Shown: positions 38,753 to 48,889 of the stretch, in pieces
Position numbering within the stretch: the first letter of the stretch is position 1
Layout of the letters: the number at the start of each line of letters is the position of its first letter
Source of the DNA: Escherichia phage EPIMAM01
Sequence record: PQ493298
Direction: 5' to 3' (one strand)
Length of the DNA: 64,000 nt
Program-made: the position numbers and the translations under genes
Notes under the pieces: model-generated
Told to the model about the DNA's origin: nothing
Database searches by the model: none
What the model saw: the letters and a program-made list of their open reading frames with translations, nothing else

Positions 38753-39061
38753 TTAATCTTCTATGATATCTCTATCATATCCAAGTGAAATGAGAGTTTC
38801 TTTGAAGTGTTTAATATTCTTTTGTCTAGAATCATTAATGAAAATGACTGGATAACGAATATTAAGAGATGTGAATCCAGCGCGTTTAGCAAGAGATACA
38901 ATCAGTGGACGATCATACTCAATCTTACCATTATTTGTAAGAACTTTATAGAAAGTAAAAGGAGCATTGAGCTCCTTTAGAAGTTTTGTAACTGATTGAC
39001 ATCCAGGACAACGACCTACTTCATCTGGAATTCCATAGACTTCAATCTTGTTTTGTTTCAC
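38753..39061 (-). CDS. nrdH: NrdH-like glutaredoxin
   Basis: Track ORF 102 aa; CPGC redox motif. Confidence 0.8.
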   Translation of the reverse strand: MKQNKIEVYGIPDEVGRCPGCQSVTKLLKELNAPFTFYKVLTNNGKIEYDRPLIVSLAKRAGFTSLNIRYPVIFINDSRQKNIKHFKETLISLGYDRDIIED

Positions 39062-39063
39062 AA

Positions 39064-39276
39064 CTATTCCTTACTAAGAGCAGCATTCAGCTTATTAGTA
39101 ATTTTATCCAGACGCTCATTGAACTCGCTAGAAGATAGTCCTTTTTCTGGAGAAATTAAGCTAATCACGAAAAATATAGCAATAAAAGGAATAAGAAAAA
39201 TAGCACCAACTGCCATAAACAAAAAGAACGTTACAGTTGTAAGAAAATCAGCTAAACCTTTACGAAATTTATACAT
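39064..39276 (-). CDS. small membrane protein
   Basis: Track ORF 70 aa; long hydrophobic stretch. Confidence 0.5.
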   Translation of the reverse strand: MYKFRKGLADFLTTVTFFLFMAVGAIFLIPFIAIFFVISLISPEKGLSSSEFNERLDKITNKLNAALSKE

Positions 39277-39391
39277 ATTTTACCCTTAATTGATTAACCA
39301 AGCATTGATAAGCACTAAACTATATTGTGAATAAAATTCTGGACCAAAATGAAAAATCATATCATTTATAGTGTCCATAATATAATTCAAT

Positions 39392-39862
39392 TTAATCATG
39401 TTTCCACACCCCATCGGTATTTGACCAAAGTCGCTGATTATCTGATCCTCGCCACAGCTTTTTAGTCGGAAGATTTTTCTCATACTTCCCATCAATAATA
39501 ACATCAACATATTTAAGCATTTCTAGTTGTTTAATATCCTCAAACTTATATCCTGTCCACAACCAAATGCTTTTATTTGGATAAAGATTTTTTACTGTTT
39601 GAACAATGCAATGAATAACATCTCGGTTATCAGGATAGAGAGGGTCTCCTCCAGTTATAGTCAATCCTTCTATATAATCATTATTCAAACATTCAATTAA
39701 TTGTTCCAGTGTTTCACCAGTGAATGGAACGCCATTTCTAGCATTCCATGTTGATTTATTATAACACCCTTCGCATTTATGCAAACAACCTGTAACGAAA
39801 AGAACGACCCTGCATCCAGGGCCATTCACAAAATCACAAGGATAAAATCTATCATAATTCAT
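39392..39862 (-). CDS. nrdG: anaerobic ribonucleotide reductase activase (radical SAM)
   Basis: Track ORF 156 aa; CLHKCEGC CxxxCxxC cluster. Confidence 0.88.
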   Translation of the reverse strand: MNYDRFYPCDFVNGPGCRVVLFVTGCLHKCEGCYNKSTWNARNGVPFTGETLEQLIECLNNDYIEGLTITGGDPLYPDNRDVIHCIVQTVKNLYPNKSIWLWTGYKFEDIKQLEMLKYVDVIIDGKYEKNLPTKKLWRGSDNQRLWSNTDGVWKHD

Positions 39863-41676
39863 TGGTGTTTAACCCTATGCATGATTTCTTTATTTTTTCC
39901 AAGATTAAATCCGCGTTCGTTCGGATTTCCCAAATAACCACAAGTTCTTCTTATTGTGTTCATCTTTTTAGGATCAGTTTCTCCACAAATAGAACAAACA
40001 AATCCGTTTTCAGTAGGAGTCATTTCATGAGTACTTCCACACGTAAAACATTTATCTACTGGCATATTAACACCAAAATAATCTAAATGTTGTGCAGCAT
40101 AATCCCATACAGCCTCAAGACCTTTTAGGTTATTTTTCATATCAGGAAGTTCAACATAAGAAATGTGACCACCTGTCGCAATGAAATGATATGGGGCTTC
40201 GCGAGAAATCTTTTCAAACGGAGTAATATTTTCTTCTACTGAAACATGGAAACTGTTAGTGTACCAGCCTTTATCAGTAACATCCTTTACACTTCCATAT
40301 TTCTCAGTATCAAGTTTACAGAAGCGATAGCACAGGTTTTCAGCAGGAGTAGAATACAAGCTAAAAGCAAAACCGGTTCTTTCAGTCCACTGCTTAAGAC
40401 GAGCATTCATTTTAGTTAAAATTTCCTGTCCAATATCACGACCGACAAGAATATTCAATTCGTGAATACCAATGTATCCTAAGGACACTGAACTTCTACC
40501 GTTTTTAAATAACTCAATTATGTCGTCATCAGGTTTAAGACGAACCCCAAATGCACCTTCTTGGTAAAGAATAGGAGCAACAGTCGCTTTAACTCCTTTT
40601 AAGGAACTAATTCTACACATCAAAGCTTCAAAACACAAATCCATTCGTTCATTGAACAATTCAGCAAATTTCTGTTCATTGAACTGTGTTCCAATATAAG
40701 AATCTAACGCAATGCGAGGAAGATTCAGTGTTACAACGCCAAGATTATTACGTCCATCAAGAATTTCATTACCAGTCGAATCTTTCCATACGCTCAAGAA
40801 ACTACGGCAACCCATTGGAGAAACAGGAATAGATGAACCGGTGATAGCTTTATTGTTCTTAGCTGAAATAATATCAGGATACATTCTTTTGCTTGCACAC
40901 TCTAGAGCAAGCTGCTTAATATCATAGTTTGGATCGTCTTTATAAAGATTAACACCTTCTTCAACGAACATAACAAGCTTAGGGAAAATAGGAGTTATCC
41001 CATCACGACCAAGACCTTTAATACGATTTTTCAGAATTGCTTTCTGAATCATTCGTTCAGTCCAGTCAGTTCCCGTACCAAATGTAATTGTTACAAAAGG
41101 CGTTTGTCCGTTTGAACTAAAGAGAGTATTTACTTCATATTCATAAGCTTGGAATGCATCGTATACGTCTTTTTCTGTTTTAGACTGGGCGTAATTCAAT
41201 GCATCGGCGATTTGCCATTTTTCTGCATCCTCAATATGTTTTGCATAGGTGCGTTTAACATATGGAGAAAGTACTTTATCTACATTCGCAAAAGTCGTTC
41301 CGCCATATTGATGAGAAGCAACCTGTGCAGTAATTTGTGCCATAATTGCAGTAGCAACGCCGATTGATTTAGGAGTTTCAATCTGCGCATTACCGAGCTT
41401 AAATCCGTTCTCAAGCATTCCTTTTAAATCTACTAAACAGCAATTAGTAAATGGAAGAGCAGGGGAATAATCAATATCGTGGAAATGGATAATTCCGCTT
41501 TCATGCGCTTTCATAATAAAAGACGGGACCATATTTTTGGCAATGTGTTTAGACACAATACCAGCCATAAGGTCCCGTTGAGTTGGAAAAACACGAGAAT
41601 CTTTATTAGCATTCTCGTTCAAAAGGTCTTTATTAGTTTTATGAATCAATCCTTCAATTTCTTTTTCAATCGTCAT
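39859..41676 (-). CDS. nrdD: anaerobic ribonucleoside-triphosphate reductase, single uninterrupted ORF
   Basis: Track ORF 605 aa; glycyl radical motif RRTCGY and C-terminal Zn ribbon; no intron interruption. Confidence 0.92.
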   Translation of the reverse strand: MTIEKEIEGLIHKTNKDLLNENANKDSRVFPTQRDLMAGIVSKHIAKNMVPSFIMKAHESGIIHFHDIDYSPALPFTNCCLVDLKGMLENGFKLGNAQIETPKSIGVATAIMAQITAQVASHQYGGTTFANVDKVLSPYVKRTYAKHIEDAEKWQIADALNYAQSKTEKDVYDAFQAYEYEVNTLFSSNGQTPFVTITFGTGTDWTERMIQKAILKNRIKGLGRDGITPIFPKLVMFVEEGVNLYKDDPNYDIKQLALECASKRMYPDIISAKNNKAITGSSIPVSPMGCRSFLSVWKDSTGNEILDGRNNLGVVTLNLPRIALDSYIGTQFNEQKFAELFNERMDLCFEALMCRISSLKGVKATVAPILYQEGAFGVRLKPDDDIIELFKNGRSSVSLGYIGIHELNILVGRDIGQEILTKMNARLKQWTERTGFAFSLYSTPAENLCYRFCKLDTEKYGSVKDVTDKGWYTNSFHVSVEENITPFEKISREAPYHFIATGGHISYVELPDMKNNLKGLEAVWDYAAQHLDYFGVNMPVDKCFTCGSTHEMTPTENGFVCSICGETDPKKMNTIRRTCGYLGNPNERGFNLGKNKEIMHRVKHQ

Positions 41677-42146
41677 TTTAAACTCTTTCTAAGCTGCTTC
41701 TTAAATGAAGCTATTAATTGGGTTTTAGTGTCAGATTCATTATATTCAAATCCTCTTTGAAGCATCTCAGCCATCATTTCCTCTTTTCCTAAACGAGAAA
41801 ATTCCTTTGATTTATCTCCAACGAAGTTAGGGTGAATATTATTTTGGGTGTAATCGGATTTTAAATAAGTAAGTAAATTTTCTAACCATTCAAGATAATC
41901 AACGCCTTGTCCCTTTAAGCCAGAACGATTAAATTTATGTTTCATTTGACCTTCCGCTGCATTGCAAAGATTACAGAGCAATCCACGTACCTTTCCTGCT
42001 TTTGGTCCATTTAATTCATGGTCATGGTCAAGGTGATTAGCTTGAACATCAGGATTTAGTTCTCGTTGGCAAATTAAGCATTTACCGTTTTGTGCATTAT
42101 AAAATTTTTGTTTTTCTTCTTTATATAATTTGCCAGTCAATAACAT
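41673..42146 (-). CDS. 49: endonuclease VII (Holliday junction resolvase)
   Basis: Track ORF 157 aa; Cys-rich CLICQ...HLDHDH...CNLCN; matches T4 gp49. Confidence 0.9.
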   Translation of the reverse strand: MLLTGKLYKEEKQKFYNAQNGKCLICQRELNPDVQANHLDHDHELNGPKAGKVRGLLCNLCNAAEGQMKHKFNRSGLKGQGVDYLEWLENLLTYLKSDYTQNNIHPNFVGDKSKEFSRLGKEEMMAEMLQRGFEYNESDTKTQLIASFKKQLRKSLK

Positions 42147-42151
42147 AATAA

Positions 42152-42176
42152 ACCCTTACCTTAAATAGATAAGGGT
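42152..42176 (-). promoter_or_regulatory. hairpin sequestering the gene 49 SD, with late-promoter-like box
   Basis: ACCCTTA/TAAGGGT 7-bp stem whose 3' arm contains the SD; AATAAATA box just upstream. Confidence 0.5.
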
Positions 42177-42186
42177 ATTTATTATT

Positions 42187-42363
42187 TTCAAGTATTGTAA
42201 AACATTCGATGCAATCGTTTATATTGCCGAATCATCTTTTTAGTAGGACGAGAATAAGTTCCTACACAAGTGGTCATATTAGGGTCTGTAGAATTTCCTT
42301 TAATAAAAAGTTTCCAAACCTTACCACCATTTAACTTTTCAGTATAAATCAATTCAGTTTTCA
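42187..42363 (-). CDS. candidate small basic protein
   Basis: 58-aa ORF below track cutoff; TAATG stop-start overlap with the upstream gene. Confidence 0.35.
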
Positions 42364-42828
42364 TTAAAACGCTCGGTCAGAAAAAGAAATTTGAGTTTCA
42401 AGCCATTCAATATATTCTGCTGCAGCTTGCATTAAATTTCCTTCATAACCATCATTATTTTCTTGTGCAGCTAATTTAGCTAATGCATATGAAATACGTT
42501 CACCTTGAAAAGCGGCTTTAGGTTTATGAAGAGCTTGATCAACTCGTTCTACAACTTCTTCAATTTCGCCATTTTCCGCTGATTCAGTATTCCACAAGCA
42601 CCAATACGTAATTGGCTTATCATAGATGTTAATAATCTTTCCATCAGAAAGTTCAATTTCAATAATTCCAGTATCAGGTTCTATATCATCTTCGCATTCT
42701 TTTGCAAGTTCACGAACTTTAAAGACAGTACCTGCACTAAGTTCCGGCCAGTAATTACACAGCCCTTTATCAGCACGATTAATTCTAAACCACTTATCTA
42801 CTGCAATCATGTCCCATCTCCATATCAA
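42364..42828 (-). CDS. hypothetical protein
   Basis: Track ORF 154 aa. Confidence 0.5.
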   Translation of the reverse strand: MIWRWDMIAVDKWFRINRADKGLCNYWPELSAGTVFKVRELAKECEDDIEPDTGIIEIELSDGKIINIYDKPITYWCLWNTESAENGEIEEVVERVDQALHKPKAAFQGERISYALAKLAAQENNDGYEGNLMQAAAEYIEWLETQISFSDRAF

Positions 42829-42933
42829 TTAAGTCGTTTATCGTCGGTTCATTATATACTGTTTCTTCATCAGTGTAAACCGGTTCTTCCGGCTCTGGCT
42901 CTACTGTTTCCCATCTAGCCGCCCACCAAGGTT

Positions 42934-43254
42934 TTATAGCGTAATCCATTCTCGTACTGTCTGAGTTACTACACGTTCACGGGGCTCGACTAGTTCAACA
43001 GTCGGAACTGCATAATACCAGTCAGAATGATAAGAACCTGAGCGAGATTCATTTACGGAAACATGTACATTGTGTTTTGGACTAAAATAAACACACTGAC
43101 GATATTGGCATTTACCATCTTGCACCCAGTCTTCTATTTCGATAGGTTTAAGATAATCCGAAAAATCGAAATCATAATTTTCTGAAAATGCATCATGGTC
43201 TTCGATGATTTCACTCAGAACTGCATCAACATCTAATTTATTTTCAATATTCAT
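42934..43254 (-). CDS. hypothetical protein
   Basis: Track ORF 106 aa. Confidence 0.5.
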   Translation of the reverse strand: MNIENKLDVDAVLSEIIEDHDAFSENYDFDFSDYLKPIEIEDWVQDGKCQYRQCVYFSPKHNVHVSVNESRSGSYHSDWYYAVPTVELVEPRERVVTQTVREWITL

Positions 43255-43264
43255 TTTTCACCAA

Positions 43265-43654
43265 TTAATTTCGCAATTTATTAAGTTCTTCATAATCAAT
43301 CCAGGATTCTAGTCCTGATGGCAAATCAGATTCAATTTCCCAAAGAAGTTCTTCAATTTTCTGAAGACGATCTAATTCTTCAGCAGGAATAGTAACCATT
43401 GACGGAGTTCTTGATACGCTAATATCGTAAATCATATTTACCCCCAGTTTGACCATACAATCGCCATATTTCCATTTAGAAATAGACTTTTCACCATTAG
43501 AATAATAAACTTCAAGTTTAGCACGATTATTTTTAATTTGAATAACCTTTGCTGTCATCAAAGTTCCATACCCATAATAAACTGCAACCTCATCACCTAC
43601 ATATACCGCGCTTCCGCGGTAGTCATGGATATAATCAGTTCCTTCGAGCATCAT
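43265..43654 (-). CDS. hypothetical protein
   Basis: Track ORF 129 aa. Confidence 0.5.
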   Translation of the reverse strand: MMLEGTDYIHDYRGSAVYVGDEVAVYYGYGTLMTAKVIQIKNNRAKLEVYYSNGEKSISKWKYGDCMVKLGVNMIYDISVSRTPSMVTIPAEELDRLQKIEELLWEIESDLPSGLESWIDYEELNKLRN

Positions 43655-43914
43655 TTAAAGTATTCCCGCAATTGGTCAAATCCACCAATATGACTTCCAT
43701 CAGGAGCAAATACTTGCGGCATTGTCAAACCAATTTGAGTATCACGACCTAGTTTCGTCAGAAGCTCAGCGATTTTCTCATCATCAAAAACACCTTTTTC
43801 CGGCATAATATTGATAAATTCAAACGGTTGTTTCTTAACAGTCAAAAGACGTTTTGCATTATCACAATACACGCATTTATGGATACTGCTATCATAACCA
43901 TATACTTTAAACAT
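43651..43914 (-). CDS. nrdC: glutaredoxin/thioredoxin NrdC
   Basis: Track ORF 87 aa; CVYC active site; matches T4 NrdC. Confidence 0.85.
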   Translation of the reverse strand: MFKVYGYDSSIHKCVYCDNAKRLLTVKKQPFEFINIMPEKGVFDDEKIAELLTKLGRDTQIGLTMPQVFAPDGSHIGGFDQLREYFK

Positions 43915-43915
43915 A

Positions 43916-44173
43916 TTATTCCTTAATTCCTAGTACTTGTTTAAAAGTCTCGTCGTAATCAAGACTTTGGCCCGTTTGTTCTTTATGTTTGTATATAATA
44001 TCACTTACTTCTGATAGCATATTTTTATATGAACGAGTTAAAGCAGATTTAAGCACGCTGTATCTATCAGGAAATTTACCATGTTCATTATAATACGCTA
44101 TTGCTAATTCACGGACTGCCTTTTCAGCAGTCTCCATATATTCTTTACGCTTTGTCATTTTCTTCTCGGTCAA
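43916..44173 (-). CDS. small hypothetical protein
   Basis: Track ORF 85 aa. Confidence 0.45.
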
Positions 44174-44462
44174 ATCGGTGTTTACAATGACGACATTTAT
44201 AACGAAGATTACTAGTCTGCCAATGAACTAATTGTACCTGTTCAGTACCGCATTCAGGACAATTAGGAACGTTTTTAGAACCCCTTTCGCGACGTTCAAC
44301 CATAGCCATAATGGCATCCCAAGCTGGAGGTTTAAAATCTAAATCATCGCAACCATGAATCTTTCCACGCATTTCCAGATCGTCTTCTTCACCAGCCATA
44401 ATAATTTTAATTAGACTGGAATTACTTGAAGCTGCAATATCTTCTAATAAGCGCTTTTTCAT
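44145..44462 (-). CDS. small zinc-ribbon protein
   Basis: Track ORF 105 aa; CPECG...CRHCKH. Confidence 0.45.
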
Positions 44463-45385
44463 TTCAATACCTCAATAGCATTACGTAAACCATCTGCTTT
44501 GGCGGTTAAAGCCTTAAGAACTTTAGTATGCTCTTCAATCTGTTTTTCAACTTCAATCAAACGAGCACTGAGATATTCACGTTCTTCTTTCATAGTATCA
44601 TTCCCATGATTGTGCTTTGGTGTAGGTTTAAATTCGCTGGGGTCCTTTAACTTAATAACAAATTTAGTTTCAAACAGTGAAAGACCATAATTCGTATTAT
44701 CATCAAAGGATTTAACTACATCCATATTAGATAATAACTCACGCAAATTATAAGCCAAAGAACTAATAGTTTCATTGTGTTTATTAGCTTCGCGCGGTTT
44801 CATATACGAAAGATTTTTATATATCTCGTGCGGAGCACAAATGATAATTGATAATTCAAATTGTCCATTCTGGGATGATGGAGTGAATTTAGCAGTAACC
44901 CAGTCTTTTACATTCACATTAATAGTACGATTATCACCATGACAAAACAGTCTACGAGAATGCTTAAAAAGCATATTAACGTTCTCATTAAATTCACCTG
45001 AAAACTCACTAGCGAATTTTTCTTTACTATTTTTAGAAAACCATTCTTCTAAATAAGTTCTTTTCACGTCATTAATAATATTAAATGTAACAACATTAGC
45101 ATTTGATACATTAGTCTCAATGTAGCTTGGATACATAAATTTTTTAACATTATTAACAGCTATTACAGAAGATAGTAATCGGGAACGTTTGAACCACTCT
45201 AGCAAAGAACCAAGAGAATGTGAATATGCATTTTGTGTATCTTTACAAATATGGTTTTCCCATCCAATATAGTCTAAAAAATCACGAAGAATATTATTGA
45301 TTACTGCTCTGTGTCCGATCTGATAATTACGGTGTTTAGTAATAAGACTGTCAAAATAATCAATATAATGTTTACGAGTTTTCAT
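44459..45385 (-). CDS. hypothetical protein with C-terminal coiled coil
   Basis: Track ORF 308 aa; first of four tandem ORFs with a similar architecture. Confidence 0.5.
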   Translation of the reverse strand: MKTRKHYIDYFDSLITKHRNYQIGHRAVINNILRDFLDYIGWENHICKDTQNAYSHSLGSLLEWFKRSRLLSSVIAVNNVKKFMYPSYIETNVSNANVVTFNIINDVKRTYLEEWFSKNSKEKFASEFSGEFNENVNMLFKHSRRLFCHGDNRTINVNVKDWVTAKFTPSSQNGQFELSIIICAPHEIYKNLSYMKPREANKHNETISSLAYNLRELLSNMDVVKSFDDNTNYGLSLFETKFVIKLKDPSEFKPTPKHNHGNDTMKEEREYLSARLIEVEKQIEEHTKVLKALTAKADGLRNAIEVLK

Positions 45386-45437
45386 GTTCTTCTCACTTGG
45401 TTAATGATTTATGCTCCGAGCCATCCTTGGCTTTAAA

Positions 45438-46439
45438 TTACTTAATTAATTGTAAAGCTTGTTCAAGACGATTCAGGCGATTAACAGATTCTTCCCAAAT
45501 CCTTTTAGCCTGCTCATAATCTTTCTGCGCTTTATTAGAAATTTCTAGAACTTCTTTATAAGCTTTTTCTAGTGCAATAACTTCTGGACGAATTTCTACC
45601 GGTTCAGGTGAATCGTCAAGACATTCCATTAGTTCCTCAAGGGTAGTTTCTTCTTTAGGAGTATTCACAATTTCTTCACATTTTTGTTGATAAATTTCTT
45701 TATCAGTCGGTGAGTACGCACACTTTACTTCACGGAGACTAACTACAATTTTATATCCTTCCCAACCGCATATATTCTTAAAAGGATAAGTATGAATATT
45801 TTCTACTGTTTCCATACAAAGTAATGCGGTCTCTAACTGACGAGTTATATCGCTAGCAATTGAGAAAAATTTATTAATGTTCTTTTGATTAGCTTCTGGT
45901 GTAAAAAATTCATAATTCACAAAAATAGCTGCTTTATTTTTATCAAGTTCATATTCTTTTATGATAATCATATCAGAAGCCCAAGGATGAATTTGACGAT
46001 AATCGCCATAGCATAATTTAGAAGCTGATTTTAGAATTTGCTTTTTGAAAAGTCTGAAATTACTAATCCAACGACGAGTAAAAATATTCTCAGGGTCTTC
46101 TTTATTATTAAGATGATATGAATTAACATCACCGAACCAATTATATCCTACTACATCTTTAGTTCGTTTAATTTCTTTCCCAAATTTACCGAGAATATCT
46201 TGGTTAACTAAATATGAAAGAAGACGAGAACCTTTGAAGGTTTCCTTAATATCATCTTTATATTCGCGACTAGAAATTTTATGAACTTCATGAATAAATT
46301 TGTTGGAAGAGACAATACTTGCATCAGTATTATTGAGCCATTGATTGATAATGGAAATAACACTATTCTGACTAGACACAGGTTTAACTTTATCATCAAT
46401 AACGCTATTGAATGATTTGATATATTCGTTACGAGTCAT
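45438..46439 (-). CDS. hypothetical protein with C-terminal coiled coil
   Basis: Track ORF 45438..46490 trimmed to internal ATG (MTRNEY); the longer start runs into the promoter. Confidence 0.5.
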   Translation of the reverse strand: MTRNEYIKSFNSVIDDKVKPVSSQNSVISIINQWLNNTDASIVSSNKFIHEVHKISSREYKDDIKETFKGSRLLSYLVNQDILGKFGKEIKRTKDVVGYNWFGDVNSYHLNNKEDPENIFTRRWISNFRLFKKQILKSASKLCYGDYRQIHPWASDMIIIKEYELDKNKAAIFVNYEFFTPEANQKNINKFFSIASDITRQLETALLCMETVENIHTYPFKNICGWEGYKIVVSLREVKCAYSPTDKEIYQQKCEEIVNTPKEETTLEELMECLDDSPEPVEIRPEVIALEKAYKEVLEISNKAQKDYEQAKRIWEESVNRLNRLEQALQLIK

Positions 46440-46467
46440 ATTAATCTCCTCAGTAGAAAGTAAGAAT

Positions 46468-46497
46468 ATTATACCACATCCTTGTGGCAAAGTAAAC
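46468..46497 (-). promoter_or_regulatory. T4-type early promoter
   Basis: GTTTAC, 18 nt, TATAAT; cassette near-identical to 2428..2457. Confidence 0.6.
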
Positions 46498-47519
46498 TAG
46501 TTTAGTGCATTTAGTGCATTGTTCAGTTTAGAACGTTGCTTCGTAAGATTTTTGACTTTTTCTTGAGCTTTTTCTAGCATCTTTTCAGCTTCTAACACTT
46601 CATTAGTTGCTTTAACGAGTTCATCATCTACTGCCTTGATAGACTTCTCAATCGCATCCGCATGCCATTTTTCAACAGGTTTAAGACTCGGATTTTCAAC
46701 AGGAAGAAAATTCACTTTATTGAATTTCCATGCATCTTTATTACTTGAACTATACATCCAAAATTTAGGATCGTTTGATGAGTAATTGGATAAATTTAAG
46801 TTATCTTGCACTTCCTGCTTTTTCTCTTGTGGGACTTCGTCCTTTCTCAAAAAATCGTATTTAAATGAAACGATCATATCAAGTTCATACGTTGTTGTAT
46901 GTTCCCAATTTCGCTCAAAATGAGGTAAAATCTTAGACTGAACAGCGGCAACAACATCCATATACTTAAATGCTTCTGTCAACTGTGATTTAAGGCATTC
47001 GCAAATTGAAAGAGAATTTTTTGTATTAGGTTTAAAGCTAATTCGCGCAGTTCTGTTATTTTCTTTTAATGGTCTTACTTCCATCTGAAGAGTATAACCA
47101 TCAAATTTCAGATTCTTTAAGTTAATATCAGAACCTTTTAATCGACTCGCAATTGATAAAATTTGTTTTAATTGTTTACGGAATAGAGCAATAAATCTCC
47201 ATTCAATACGATAATGATTTGGATTGAAAAATCCAGATGATAAATCGACCTTACTTTGGCCAACACCTTGAACAAATAGAGGATTTTTATAATCAATAGT
47301 TTTACAGAAATCAGTGAGCTGCTCACGAGCCGTCATTTGTGTAATATATCCTGCTTGGTTAAAATTGCGCACCCATTCACTGCTGTTCAGATGTTTAAAG
47401 GCATGAATGGAACAATTAACTTTACCAAGGTCTAAATTATTTTCACACAAAAACGTCATAGCATCACGAGTATAGCTGGCATTACGAACCATATCTTCAA
47501 TTTGAGAACGAGTTTTCAT
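46497..47519 (-). CDS. hypothetical protein with C-terminal coiled coil
   Basis: Track ORF 340 aa. Confidence 0.5.
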   Translation of the reverse strand: MKTRSQIEDMVRNASYTRDAMTFLCENNLDLGKVNCSIHAFKHLNSSEWVRNFNQAGYITQMTAREQLTDFCKTIDYKNPLFVQGVGQSKVDLSSGFFNPNHYRIEWRFIALFRKQLKQILSIASRLKGSDINLKNLKFDGYTLQMEVRPLKENNRTARISFKPNTKNSLSICECLKSQLTEAFKYMDVVAAVQSKILPHFERNWEHTTTYELDMIVSFKYDFLRKDEVPQEKKQEVQDNLNLSNYSSNDPKFWMYSSSNKDAWKFNKVNFLPVENPSLKPVEKWHADAIEKSIKAVDDELVKATNEVLEAEKMLEKAQEKVKNLTKQRSKLNNALNALN

Positions 47520-47527
47520 GGTGTTCC

Positions 47528-48361
47528 TTAAGATTTAAGTAAATCGACAATTTTAATTAACTTTTCACGCTCAGATTTAGCTTTACTACTCAGTCCAGAT
47601 AGTCTGAAAATTTCATCATCATATTGTTGAATAGAAATATTCAGCTCTTCAATCTGTTTATTAAAATAATCAATTTGTTCAGAATGTTTTTCGTTACTAC
47701 GAACTGGTACAGGTTTCGTAGGCAATGTAGTTGAACTGGATTCATCCGGGCGATAAATTAAAATACAACTTGAACCAATAGGGCATTTTGCACCAGATGA
47801 ATATTCTAATGTTCCAGCTTCTTTTAAAACTTCAAAAGCTAAACAGAGATGATGCCCCATATTGACATAATCTGTAGAGCGAGCTCTGATATAATAATCA
47901 TCGCCACGAATACTAAATTTAAAGCATTTAAGGTCTTCTGTATTATTGGTCTTAAAAATCATTTGTTTATCTAGACCTTTAGCTAATCGAGCGCCTAATG
48001 CTAATAATCGTCTTTGATTTTCCCACAAATCCGCAATCATTTGATCGAATGATAATTTTGGCATTAGTCGACCATAAAGGTCATATCCTTTATTATAATT
48101 ACGAAGGATTTCACTCGCGTTAATACGAGACAATGCTCCAATTTTATTAAGGGCTTTCATAATGCGATTAGATAAACTCATTCCAGATCCGTTTGTTCGC
48201 TGCAAATGTTTTTCTAATCCAAATCCAATATCAACTTTAAACTTATCTAAAATTTCTGCATGAACATCTCTGTCAATAACATTCAAATCCAAAGCTGGGT
48301 TAAATCTATGAAAAAATTTATCTGGCTCTGCACTGCGAAATACAGTCCATTCATTCATCAT
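47528..48361 (-). CDS. hypothetical protein with C-terminal coiled coil
   Basis: Track ORF 277 aa. Confidence 0.5.
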   Translation of the reverse strand: MMNEWTVFRSAEPDKFFHRFNPALDLNVIDRDVHAEILDKFKVDIGFGLEKHLQRTNGSGMSLSNRIMKALNKIGALSRINASEILRNYNKGYDLYGRLMPKLSFDQMIADLWENQRRLLALGARLAKGLDKQMIFKTNNTEDLKCFKFSIRGDDYYIRARSTDYVNMGHHLCLAFEVLKEAGTLEYSSGAKCPIGSSCILIYRPDESSSTTLPTKPVPVRSNEKHSEQIDYFNKQIEELNISIQQYDDEIFRLSGLSSKAKSEREKLIKIVDLLKS

Positions 48362-48426
48362 TTTTTTTATTAACTAAAGATTTAATTACTGCATTGACAT
48401 TATTAATTACTACTGACATATTTTCC

Positions 48427-48834
48427 TCACTCAATTTCAATTTTACTAAATATACAGAATAAGATGGAACAGACTATATAAGCACCGCACACAGATTGAA
48501 CTAATACCATTCCAAAGAACCAAACAATATTATCAAACAATGTCTGTTTTACGTCGAAAGGACGTAAACTTACAGTAATATTATCACCTTTTTCTATTGA
48601 AGAATACATCTCTGGGGAAATATATTCACTAAATCTATAACCGTCTTTTAGTTCATATACGGCAATAAACGATAAACTAGACCCTTTTCCTTGTGTTCCT
48701 GTAATGGTATTAACTACAGTAACATCATAATCTTTATAATGCATATAATCATTAATTGCGTAATAACCATATGCAATTACTACACATAAACAACATATCA
48801 ATAAATTCAATCTTTTAATTATCAACTGTTTCAT
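48427..48834 (-). CDS. membrane protein
   Basis: Track ORF 135 aa; N- and C-terminal hydrophobic helices. Confidence 0.5.
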   Translation of the reverse strand: MKQLIIKRLNLLICCLCVVIAYGYYAINDYMHYKDYDVTVVNTITGTQGKGSSLSFIAVYELKDGYRFSEYISPEMYSSIEKGDNITVSLRPFDVKQTLFDNIVWFFGMVLVQSVCGAYIVCSILFCIFSKIEIE

Positions 48835-48889
48835 AATAATCTCAATTAAAAGGGCTTAGAACCATTATACCATCCTTGGTATAAAGCGG

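Noticed and set aside
39286-39510. Track ORF 39286..39510 (74 aa)
   Set aside because: Its upstream half overlaps the 3' end of nrdG out of frame; at most a 37-aa downstream portion could be a coupled mini-ORF, which I did not annotate.
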